Shown piece after piece: positions 9,024 through 17,468 of a stretch of 64,000 nucleotides of DNA; the stretch's first letter is position 1, and each line of letters opens with the position of its first letter. The DNA is from Ignavibacteriaceae bacterium (GTDB taxonomy: Bacteria; Bacteroidota; Ignavibacteria; Ignavibacteriales; Ignavibacteriaceae), in assembly GCA_046705645.1 (NCBI GenBank), contig JBJKQE010000063.1, positions 12,486 to 76,485 on the forward strand. Direction: 5' to 3'. The translations under genes were made by a program, and so were the position numbers. The notes beneath the pieces are model-generated. The model did not search any database. It saw only the letters and a list, made by a program, of their open reading frames with translations, and was not told where the DNA came from.

Positions 9024-10673
9024 CTAAGGTTTAAATGATTTGTTAATATCCCCGGCAGCTATTCCTTTAATATTTTGGACTATACTTGTGTTGGAAATCG
9101 AAACAGAAACCGGAGTAGAAAATATCCAGTCAGGTATATAAAAATGGTTAATGGATCCCACAAATCTTTTAGCCATCAGCAAAGCATCATTACCATTAAT
9201 AATTCCGTCATTATTCACATCTGCAGCTTTTATTTGCAAACTATCAAGATATATTTTTTTTGAAGAATATTTTAATACCAGCAAGGCGTCGGTTGAATTT
9301 ACTCCTCCCCAGTTTCCAATCTTTTCGGCGGATAATATATAATTACCGGCTGTTAAATTCATGAACGAATATTTTCCATTTGCATTGGTTACTGTTTTAA
9401 GAGTATCACCGCTTTTACTAAGAATTACAGTAACATTTGATAAAGGACTTTCTTCCTTATTATCATAAATAATATTACCTGATAATTCAAACAAGGAAGT
9501 TGAGTTTTTAATTGTTACAATTCCTCCGTCAGGAATTATTTTAATTTCAGCTATTGTATTATTACTGTCCGCTGATGTTGTTGTTTCATAAATTTGATTG
9601 CCTTGAGAAACTTGGACATTTTTCCATCCTGTTGGAACAACAATTTTAGCAGTCAGCGGATAATTATAGATTGAATCATCCAAATTATCTGTAGGAATTA
9701 TTTGAATTTTTGTCGAGTCGTTGGCTGCAACTATATATGAAAATTTTTCTCTCTCTTTAATATATCTAACAACATCACCCAACGGAGCAACCCAGATATA
9801 ATTGCTGTCCGATTTTTGTTTTATCCATTGACATAATTCCGATAACCATTCCGTAGATACAGGATAGTACAAACCCAAACTAGAATCAGCAATTATTTGA
9901 TAGAACGGCAAAACTTCGTGTGCAAGAAAAACGCTCCATTTACCATTGGCTATTGTTTGAGTTTGTAAAATATTCGTATACATATTAAACTCATCCTGAT
10001 CATCACTAGGTGAATTTCTAGGTTGGTCAAATTGAATATCTGAAGAACCTAAAGTATAAAAGTCCATACCTGAAATATTAGAATTGCTAACATAGCTGCC
10101 GCATGTTCTGGCAGCTTCAAAATATTTTTGTGCAATATTTTCGACATTCTGATTGTATGTACAATAAGGATACGCCGTGGTAATACACTTTTGCCCGGCA
10201 ATTTTCTCTTCAATTGTTTTTTTTGATTGGTATAGCTCATAAGTTATTGTTCCGGGAGTAGTTTCATCACCAATAGGAAGAGTTGTTAAGTCAGGATGAT
10301 TTACTGTATGATCTCCAATTTCATTACCTTCCTGCGCCAACTGTTTAAATTCACTCCATAAACCATATCTCCATATTGTGGGAAGGCTATCACTTAAAGC
10401 TGACGATATAACATAATATGTTGCATGAAATCCAAAACTATTCATTATAGGGCGGACATAATCATACTGCGATTGCAGACCGTCGTCAAAAGTAAATGAA
10501 AACGCTGCTTTCCTACCATTTGCCCAAGTTTCTATATTAACTTGTCCGATTGAAGAAATTGAAGTTTCGATTCTATGTACATCTTTAGAATTTGTAAAGC
10601 TGTTTTTATTCTGAGGATAAGTAAAACTATTAAGGAAAGCAATAAAAAATAAAAATATTATAGTTTTTATCAT
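9024..10673 (-). CDS. Secreted polysaccharide deacetylase (NodB/CE4) with a carboxypeptidase-regulatory-like domain and a dockerin-like C-terminal module
   Basis: FSFTFDDG and DHTVNHPDL are CE4 motifs. Further downstream are NVTVILSKSGDTLKTVTNANGKYSF and then GGVNSTDALLVLKY...AADVNNDGIINGNDALLMAKRFVG. The likely start is the ATG at 10673 (MIKTIIFLFF signal peptide) rather than the TTG at 10688. Confidence 0.85.
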   Translation of the reverse strand: MIKTIIFLFFIAFLNSFTYPQNKNSFTNSKDVHRIETSISSIGQVNIETWANGRKAAFSFTFDDGLQSQYDYVRPIMNSFGFHATYYVISSALSDSLPTIWRYGLWSEFKQLAQEGNEIGDHTVNHPDLTTLPIGDETTPGTITYELYQSKKTIEEKIAGQKCITTAYPYCTYNQNVENIAQKYFEAARTCGSYVSNSNISGMDFYTLGSSDIQFDQPRNSPSDDQDEFNMYTNILQTQTIANGKWSVFLAHEVLPFYQIIADSSLGLYYPVSTEWLSELCQWIKQKSDSNYIWVAPLGDVVRYIKEREKFSYIVAANDSTKIQIIPTDNLDDSIYNYPLTAKIVVPTGWKNVQVSQGNQIYETTTSADSNNTIAEIKIIPDGGIVTIKNSTSLFELSGNIIYDNKEESPLSNVTVILSKSGDTLKTVTNANGKYSFMNLTAGNYILSAEKIGNWGGVNSTDALLVLKYSSKKIYLDSLQIKAADVNNDGIINGNDALLMAKRFVGSINHFYIPDWIFSTPVSVSISNTSIVQNIKGIAAGDINKSFKP

Positions 10674-10992
10674 TTGGTTTAACGGCAAATTAAAATCCTA
10701 AACAAATCATCCGGTTTTCTCTAATTCTTTCAAATTCACTATTTATTATTTGAATTATTTTGAGAAGTTATATATTAAAATAATACAGAAATATTATTCA
10801 ATATCGAAACGTAACTTATTTTATTGATATAATTTTATAACAATAAGCCATATTAAGATAACCTGATTACTATAATTCTCAAATACCAGGCCAATATATA
10901 CTGTATTTGGCTTTTTTAAAGTTGGATTTATTGCTTTATTAAATGTTTTTTAATAAAAGAAATGTATGTTTGGAAAAAGTTCTTGTAAAAGA

Positions 10993-11460
10993 TTAAAAAC
11001 CGTAAAAGAAGTATTTGATCTTTTGTGATACTATTAAAGACATTTTATCGCCTCTTGAAGTTGAATATGGCTGAATTCCCAAATAAAGAAATACTTTTTC
11101 ACTTTCGGATAAAATAAATTTTTCGATTAATTTAAGTGAATATCCGTGCGAGCTAATCCCCACGGTTTCAATTTGTTCTTGAGTCAGCCATGCAATATCT
11201 CCAGGTTCAGTTCCGAGTAGTGCCGAATCTATAAATACTATTGCCTTAGCTTCACTCATTAATATTTGCTGAAGGTAGTTTTCCGGGTTGGTACCGGCAT
11301 TAATAATTTGTGAATGCGTATACTCCGTCATATCCTTCAAATATCTTACAAAAAATAAGCCTGCTGCATCATCTGTTTTGTATGAATTTCCCATGCCTAC
11401 AAACATAATTTCTTCAGGTTGGAAAGCAGAAAGTCTATTCCTTAAATCTTTTAAAGTCAT
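10993..11460 (-). CDS. Hydrogenase maturation endopeptidase family (HyaD/HybD/HycI-like) protein
   Basis: MFVGMGNSYKTDDAAGLFFVRYL matches the GxGNxxxxDDxxG signature. IVFIDSALLGTEPGDIAW and SSHGYSL follow. No hydrogenase genes occur in the window. Confidence 0.7.
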   Translation of the reverse strand: MTLKDLRNRLSAFQPEEIMFVGMGNSYKTDDAAGLFFVRYLKDMTEYTHSQIINAGTNPENYLQQILMSEAKAIVFIDSALLGTEPGDIAWLTQEQIETVGISSHGYSLKLIEKFILSESEKVFLYLGIQPYSTSRGDKMSLIVSQKIKYFFYGF

Positions 11461-11767
11461 ATTATGTTTTTACCGTATTGATTTATTATATTTTTTTTTG
11501 AATTAATTACAAACTGAATCCACTTAAAAAAATTTTTTTCTATTTCAGACATTCCTTTTAGTTTAAAAGACTAATAATCATAATTATTAAAAAGATGTTG
11601 ATAAAAAGCTATTAAAAATAACTAAGAAGTTCAATAAAGAAATAGTTAGATTAGGCATATTTTTTAAATCATAATATTTTTAATGGTTTTAGAACTTATT
11701 AAGTTAAATTAATTGCTGTTATTTTTTATGATATTAATTTATCTTTACAAAAAGAATAATTTTTATA

Positions 11768-12025
11768 GCAGCAATGTGGGATACTTCCTTAATTAATAAA
11801 ATCGCAAGTCTATAGGTATAGAATTAAATGTAAACAAAGAATTGTTATATTGAGTCCTGCGTTAGCATTGCAGGAATTCTAATGGAAGGTAGAAATTTTG
11901 AAAGCTTCGAAGAAAATTTTTACCATGATTCAAGAACAGCAGTCAGTTATTTAAAAGGAGATTAGAGTGGAGGCGTTGCTGCAACTGTAAAACATCTTAC
12001 AAAGAATAATCATGAATTCAACTAA
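11768..12025 (+). pseudogene. Decayed relic of a BglB-type GH3 beta-glucosidase (about 86 codons, five in-frame stops)
   Basis: A single frame reads AAMWDTSLINKIASL*V*N*M*TKNCYIESCVSIAGILMEGRNFESFEENFYHDSRTAVSYLKGD*SGGVAATVKHLTKNNHEFN*. It is colinear with the GH3 core pattern AxTWD...GRNFEyfSEDP...GVxAcxKHFxaNNqExN. Confidence 0.6.
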
Positions 12026-12036
12026 AATTATGAATA

Positions 12037-13881
12037 ATGAAATCTTTTTATAAAAAATTAATTACACCCTTTATTATTTTATTTGTTATTACAATTCTCG
12101 GTTTTATAATTGATAACTCGAATCATTTAAATACAGAGTTATCTGATACCGTTATAGAAAATAAGGTTGATTCTTTATTATCTCTAATGTCTCTCCAAGA
12201 AAAAATAGGCCAAATGACACAGGTTGACATTCTCGCAATAAAAAATCCCGAGGACATAGCTAAATATTCATTAGGATCAATACTATGTGGAGGTGGTTCG
12301 GAAATTAAAGATGAAACAGCAGCAGGATGGGCAAATTATTATGATACTCTTCAATCATATGCATTAAAATCGCAATTGAAAATACCGATTATTTTTGGAA
12401 CTGATGCTGTCCATGGCCATAATAATGTATTAGGAGCAGTAATATTCCCGCATAATATAGGAATGGGTTGTACCAGAGATCCCAAGTTAGTTGAAGAAGA
12501 AGGCCGAGTGACAGCAGAAGAGATAACCGGGACTGGAATGAACTGGGACTTTGCTCCATGCATCGCAGTGGCAAGAAACGAGAGATGGGGAAGGACATAC
12601 GAAAGTTATGGAGAATCTCCGCAATTGGTTTCAGAAATGGGTCGTGCTTTTATAGAAGGGCTCCAAGGGGCTAAATTTAAATCTCATTTATCTATAATTG
12701 CATGCGCCAAACATTTTGTAGGTGACGGTGGAACTGCTAACGGTAAGGATCAGGGCAATACCGAATGTGATGAAGCAACACTAAGAAAAATTCATTTACC
12801 CGGCTATATTGCTGCGATAAAAGCAGGGGTAAAAACCATAATGGTTTCTTACAGCAGCTGGAATGGAGTTAAGATGCACAAGAATAAATATTTATTGACT
12901 GATGTATTAAAAAAAGAACTTGGATTTAAAGGTTTCTTAGTTTCGGATTGGGCGGCAATTGATCAATTGGGAAAAAACTATAAAAGTGATATTGAAAAAT
13001 CTATCAATGCCGGCCTTGATATGATAATGATTCCGAATGGCCCTGGTAAAAGAAATAATTACGCTGAATTTATAAATGATTTAAAAGATTTGGTTAATAC
13101 AGGTGTAGTTCCTATGTCAAGGATTAATGATGCCGTTAAAAGAATCTTAAGGGTTAAATTAGAAATAGGTGTTTTTCAACATCCTTTTACAGATAAAGAA
13201 TATACTTCAACCGTCGGATCAAAAGCTCATCGAGAAATTGCACGGCAATGTGTTAGAGAATCATTAGTTCTTTTAAAAAATTCGGGAAACATTTTGCCTC
13301 TATCTAAAAATATTAAGCATATAGTTGTCGCCGGCAAAAGTGCCGACAATCTTGGTTATCAATGTGGAGGTTGGACTATAAGCTGGCAAGGTGATAGTGG
13401 AAATGTAACAACCGGTGGAACAACAATATACAAAGCAATCAAACAAGCTGTTTCTCCCGAAACAGAAGTTACTCTTTCTATAGACGGTTCTGATATAAAA
13501 AGTGCCGATGTTGCCATTGTGTGCATAGGAGAAAAGCCATATGCGGAGACGTCGGGCGATAGAAAAAGTTTATCGTTATCAAAAGAAGATGAGGCGGTTA
13601 TAAATTCCTTCAAAGCTAAAAGAATTCCGATTGTTGTTATTTTAATTTCAGGAAGACCTGTGATCATAAATTCCTTTCTTAATAAATCAAATGCATTCAT
13701 CGCTGGATGGCTGCCTGGTACAGAAGGAGAAGGAATTGCCGATATTCTTTTCGGAGATTATAAACCGACAGGTAAGCTTTCACATTCATGGCCGAGAAGT
13801 ATGAAACAAATCCCGATTAATGTTGGAGACAAAAATTACAACCCTCTTTTTCCCTATGGTTTCGGATTAACATATAATTAA
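12037..13881 (+). CDS. Glycoside hydrolase family 3 (exo-beta-glucosidase / exo-1,3-1,4-glucanase type)
   Basis: [37 protein letters not shown] and GFLVSDW (nucleophile region). 614 aa with an N-terminal membrane or signal segment. Confidence 0.9.
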   Translation: MKSFYKKLITPFIILFVITILGFIIDNSNHLNTELSDTVIENKVDSLLSLMSLQEKIGQMTQVDILAIKNPEDIAKYSLGSILCGGGSEIKDETAAGWANYYDTLQSYALKSQLKIPIIFGTDAVHGHNNVLGAVIFPHNIGMGCTRDPKLVEEEGRVTAEEITGTGMNWDFAPCIAVARNERWGRTYESYGESPQLVSEMGRAFIEGLQGAKFKSHLSIIACAKHFVGDGGTANGKDQGNTECDEATLRKIHLPGYIAAIKAGVKTIMVSYSSWNGVKMHKNKYLLTDVLKKELGFKGFLVSDWAAIDQLGKNYKSDIEKSINAGLDMIMIPNGPGKRNNYAEFINDLKDLVNTGVVPMSRINDAVKRILRVKLEIGVFQHPFTDKEYTSTVGSKAHREIARQCVRESLVLLKNSGNILPLSKNIKHIVVAGKSADNLGYQCGGWTISWQGDSGNVTTGGTTIYKAIKQAVSPETEVTLSIDGSDIKSADVAIVCIGEKPYAETSGDRKSLSLSKEDEAVINSFKAKRIPIVVILISGRPVIINSFLNKSNAFIAGWLPGTEGEGIADILFGDYKPTGKLSHSWPRSMKQIPINVGDKNYNPLFPYGFGLTYN

Positions 13882-13903
13882 AACCTATTAAATATAAAAG
13901 AAG

Positions 13904-14012
13904 CTGTCTCAAAAGAGTCATTCCGGGTTTGACACGGAATCTAAAATTACGATATTGTTGAAAAAAATATTCTGAATTAAGCTCAGAATTACTAACTACA
14001 GTTTTGAGACAG
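13904..14012. repeat. Nested-palindrome intergenic element, copy 1
   Basis: The outer 11-bp inverted repeat ctgtctcaaaa / ttttgagacag encloses two small hairpins: attccgggt..acacggaat and attctga..tcagaat. The core gtcattccg-N-cggaatct is shared with the element at 43989..44112. Confidence 0.6.
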
Positions 14013-14302
14013 TCTTTTATATATTTAAAACACATTCCTATTTTTTAAATTTAATTCGCAGCTCGGTTCACATTAAATAAAATTTTCTATTATCCGTCTG
14101 TGAAGATTCTGGATCTTATGTTCTTTTAATGATTCTGAAATAACTATTTCAAGTAAGATTCATTAAAACAAAAAAGTTAATGTTTATTGATATGGGTAAT
14201 ACAAATATAAAAGTCGGTTTATCTTAAGCAGATATTATATTAAAGATTTTTTACTTATATAATAATTTTTATATTTGTCGTAATATTTGAGCGGGGATTA
14301 TT

Positions 14303-14710
14303 ATGAACATAAAAAAAATTTATTTCATTCTATTATTTATTTCTATTTTAATTCAAATACTTGGTGTTACTATGGCGCAATCAACCAGACCTATTCGTGA
14401 TAACGTTGGATTTTGCTGGCAGCCGGATGAAATGAATACATTGATGAAATACCTTTCATCCCATGCCGGTAAGACAGCTGACTTCCCTTCTGCAAATCTT
14501 GTTGCAGCAATTTCACCTCATGATGATTATCTTTATGCAGGAAGCGTTTATTATCCGCTTTACAAATTAATTAAGACAAAAGAAGTTGTAATATTCGGAG
14601 TTACGCACGGAACTGTTAGAAAAGCAATGAATGATCCAAAGAATGTTCTGATCTTTGATGATTACAAACATTGGCATGGGCCTTATGGTAATTCGGTATC
14701 TCACCGCTAA
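14303..14710 (+). CDS. Memo-like (AmmeMemoRadiSam system protein B family) protein, N-terminal fragment with signal peptide
   Basis: AAISPHDDYLYAGSVYYPLY...VVIFGVTHG matches the Memo pattern (PHAGYxYSG...GPxH). The reading frame is lost near 14690. Confidence 0.8.
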   Translation: MNIKKIYFILLFISILIQILGVTMAQSTRPIRDNVGFCWQPDEMNTLMKYLSSHAGKTADFPSANLVAAISPHDDYLYAGSVYYPLYKLIKTKEVVIFGVTHGTVRKAMNDPKNVLIFDDYKHWHGPYGNSVSHR

Positions 14711-15378
14711 GAGAAATAATAAAAAGCAGATTAAATAAAAACGATTTCATGGTCAGCGATAAAGCACAGGATATAGAACATTCGATCGAGGCACTAGTTC
14801 CCTTTCTTCAATATTACAATAGAGATATAAAAATAACTCCGATAATGGTTACTCAAATGCCGTATGAAAAAATGGAACAAGTAAGTGAAGAGTTATCAAA
14901 AATAATTTCAGATTATATAAAGCAAAATAATTTAAAACTAGGAAAAGATATTTTCTTTTTAATTTCAACCGATGCTGATCATTACGGCAGAGACTTTGAT
15001 AATATTCCATACGGCGAAGATAAAAAAGCTCATGAAGAAGCTACCGCAAATGATAAAAGAATTGCCAAAGAATCTTTCAATGGAGTCTTAAATAATGATA
15101 AGATTAAAAATCTTACTAAGGAACTCTGGGGTATGCCTGCAGACAATCCTCCAAGCCCGGTTTGGTGCGGAAAATTCTCTGTCCCGTTCGGACTAATGAC
15201 AACATCGAATATTATCAAAGAAGCAAGTAATAAAAACTTGACCGGAGAATTATTTAAATATTCTGACACTTATACTGAAGGAGTTATTCCTATTAAACAT
15301 ACAAACCTGGGAGCGACAGCACCATTCTCATTAAAACATTGGTGCGGATGGCTTTCGGCAGGTTTTTATCTGAAATAA
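14692..15378 (+). CDS. Memo-like protein, C-terminal fragment (frame shifted by -1 relative to 14303..14710)
   Basis: The frame opens at 14692 and reads FGISPLREIIKSRL...DIEHSIEALVPFLQYY...ISTDADHYG...WCGKFSVPFG, continuing the Memo pattern (EHSxExxxPFLQ, SxDLSH, CG). The track ORF starts at the internal ATG 14749. Confidence 0.8.
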   Translation, partial: FGISPLREIIKSRLNKNDFMVSDKAQDIEHSIEALVPFLQYYNRDIKITPIMVTQMPYEKMEQVSEELSKIISDYIKQNNLKLGKDIFFLISTDADHYGRDFDNIPYGEDKKAHEEATANDKRIAKESFNGVLNNDKIKNLTKELWGMPADNPPSPVWCGKFSVPFGLMTTSNIIKEASNKNLTGELFKYSDTYTEGVIPIKHTNLGATAPFSLKHWCGWLSAGFYLK

Positions 15379-15475
15379 AATTTCGTTTATAGCATTAATT
15401 TAAAATAAAAATTTACAACCATTTTTTAGATATTTCCCGATCACTTTATTATTATTTTAAATCGACTATTTATCT

Positions 15476-16795
15476 ATGACTCAATTAAAAAAGGAACTTT
15501 CCCGTTTCGATCTTACTATGATTGCGATCGGATCAATGGTAGGTTCCGGAATTTTTTTAACTCCATCTTTAATTGCAAAAGCAATTCCATCGCCTTCCTT
15601 AATTATTTTTGTCTGGTTAGTAGGAGGTTTAGTAGCTTTATGCGGCGCTTTAACTTTTGCTGAACTCGGTTCATTAATACCTGAGGCAGGAGGAGTTTAT
15701 GTTTTCCTTTCCAAAGGATACAGCGACCTTGCAGGATTTCTTTACGGCTGGGCTTATTATTTAGTGGTAAACACAGGCGGTATTGCCGCATTAAGCGTTG
15801 CCTTTGCGACCTATCTGGGATTCTTTGTCCATTTAAATCCTGTTGGAATTAAAATAGTGGCAGTTACCGGAATTTTTATTTTAACTGTCATTAATGTTTA
15901 TGGTGTGAAAATTGGTGGAATATTCAGCGATCTTTTTACATTGTTAAAATTGATCGGAATATTTGGAGTTATAGTAATAGGATTTTTATTAGGCAGCAGC
16001 CACATTACAAACTTTTCTGTTTCATTATTTAATCATAATACAAGCTGGGGAGGAATAGCGGTTGCGATGGTCGGAGTTTTGTGGTCATACGGCGGATGGC
16101 AGCATGCGACTTATACAGCAGGAGAAGCAAAAAATGCAAAACGTGATGTTCCGATTGCTATGATTATTGCCGCTTTAGCAGTTACATTTATTTATATCTC
16201 GATAAATATTGCTTACATGTATCTGCTCACCCCTTTGCAAATTGCCTCATCTTCTGGTGTTGCCGCTGATGCAGTAAAATCAGTGGTTGGTAATTTAGGT
16301 GGCGGACTAATCGCTCTTGCAATTTTTATTTCAACTTTCGGAACTGCAGGGATTTACACATTAACTGCGCCGCGAATTTATTTTGCTATGGCGAACGATG
16401 GAATATTTTTTAAGAAAGTTAGTAAGATTCATCCAAAATATAACACTCCTTATTTTGCTATAATTATTCAATCTACATGGGCAGTTCTCTTGGTTCTATT
16501 CTGGGGAACATTTGAAAATTTAATTTCCTACGTTGTTTTCACTGATTGGATCTTCTTTGCCTTGGCCGCATCAACTGTTTTTATTTTTAGAAGAAAATTG
16601 CCAAACGCTCAACGTGAATATAAAACACTTGGTTACCCGATAACGCCATTATTCTTTATTTCAGTTGCAGTGTGGTTTGTTATAAATACTCTTATAGAAA
16701 GGCCGGAGCAGGCAATTGCCGGAATTATTATGCTGGCCTTAGGTTTGCCAGTTTATTACTATTGGAAGAGAAAGACTGCTGTAAAAAATATATAA
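15476..16795 (+). CDS. APC-superfamily amino acid permease
   Basis: 439 aa and about 12 hydrophobic segments. The N-terminal IAIGSMVGSGIFLTP motif is typical of APC transporters. Confidence 0.9.
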   Translation: MTQLKKELSRFDLTMIAIGSMVGSGIFLTPSLIAKAIPSPSLIIFVWLVGGLVALCGALTFAELGSLIPEAGGVYVFLSKGYSDLAGFLYGWAYYLVVNTGGIAALSVAFATYLGFFVHLNPVGIKIVAVTGIFILTVINVYGVKIGGIFSDLFTLLKLIGIFGVIVIGFLLGSSHITNFSVSLFNHNTSWGGIAVAMVGVLWSYGGWQHATYTAGEAKNAKRDVPIAMIIAALAVTFIYISINIAYMYLLTPLQIASSSGVAADAVKSVVGNLGGGLIALAIFISTFGTAGIYTLTAPRIYFAMANDGIFFKKVSKIHPKYNTPYFAIIIQSTWAVLLVLFWGTFENLISYVVFTDWIFFALAASTVFIFRRKLPNAQREYKTLGYPITPLFFISVAVWFVINTLIERPEQAIAGIIMLALGLPVYYYWKRKTAVKNI

Positions 16796-16820
16796 TTGAT
16801 TATATTTTATACTATAACAT

Positions 16821-16858
16821 ATCTTGTAGGGACAACTCGCGAGTTGTCCCTACAAGAT
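16821..16858. repeat. Perfect 38-bp palindrome (REP-like hairpin) immediately upstream of the RAYT-like gene
   Basis: atcttgtagggacaactcg|cgagttgtccctacaagat has 19-bp arms, no loop and no mismatch. It lies 25 nt after the permease stop and 62 nt before the RAYT-like start. Confidence 0.85.
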
Positions 16859-16919
16859 GAATAAATATTGAATTTCCGTTTATTATATATTTATTAATCA
16901 AGAATTGGGGAAATAATTA

Positions 16920-17378
16920 ATGATACACAGAAAACCCAATAGGTTAAAAGATTATGATTATTCAAATGCAAAATGGTATTATGTAACAATTTGTACGAAT
17001 GATCATAAAAATTATTTTGGTGAAATCATTAATGATAAAATGAATTTGAATGATGTCGGTAAGATTGTCGAGATATCATGGAAGTGGCTTTCTAAACAAT
17101 ATAATTATTGTCAACTAGATGAATATGTAATTATGCCTAATCATTTCCATGGAATAATTATTATTGACCCTGTTTGTCCAACCAATGTAGTGATAAATCG
17201 CGACTTGTCACTATCGCAACAAAAGCCAAAAATAAATCCTTTATCTGAATTAATCGGTGCATTTAAAACAAAATCTTTAAAGGAAATTCATTTAAATGGG
17301 GATTCAAAATTTAAGTGGCAGCGGTCATTTTATAACAGGATAATTCGAAACGAAAAAGAATTGTTTAATAGCAGATAA
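16920..17378 (+). CDS. REP-associated tyrosine transposase (RAYT / IS200-like Y1 HUH) family protein, ending at a probably premature TAA
   Basis: YYVTICT, the HUH motif IMPNHFHGIIII, and the catalytic Tyr context WQRSFYNRIIRNEKEL. Past the TAA the same frame reads YIKQNPLKCNFEK, which resembles the usual C-terminal tail. Confidence 0.8.
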   Translation: MIHRKPNRLKDYDYSNAKWYYVTICTNDHKNYFGEIINDKMNLNDVGKIVEISWKWLSKQYNYCQLDEYVIMPNHFHGIIIIDPVCPTNVVINRDLSLSQQKPKINPLSELIGAFKTKSLKEIHLNGDSKFKWQRSFYNRIIRNEKELFNSR

Positions 17379-17468
17379 TACATAAAACAAAATCCATTAA
17401 AATGTAATTTTGAAAAAAGCATTAATAATTTAGATATTTGAGAGAGTGTAAAAAGAATACCTGTTAAA

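Noticed and set aside
12351-13700. Minus-strand ORFs inside the GH3 gene (12351..12563, 12389..12598, 13359..13700).
   Set aside because: They are antisense to a gene that has all the GH3 motifs. No independent support.
13817-14035. 72-aa minus-strand ORF.
   Set aside because: It is a read-through translation of the nested-palindrome element. It overlaps the GH3 stop and has no coding signature.
16672-16860. 62-aa plus-strand ORF spanning the permease 3' end and the 38-bp palindrome.
   Set aside because: It is out of frame with the permease and ends inside the palindrome. It is an artefact.
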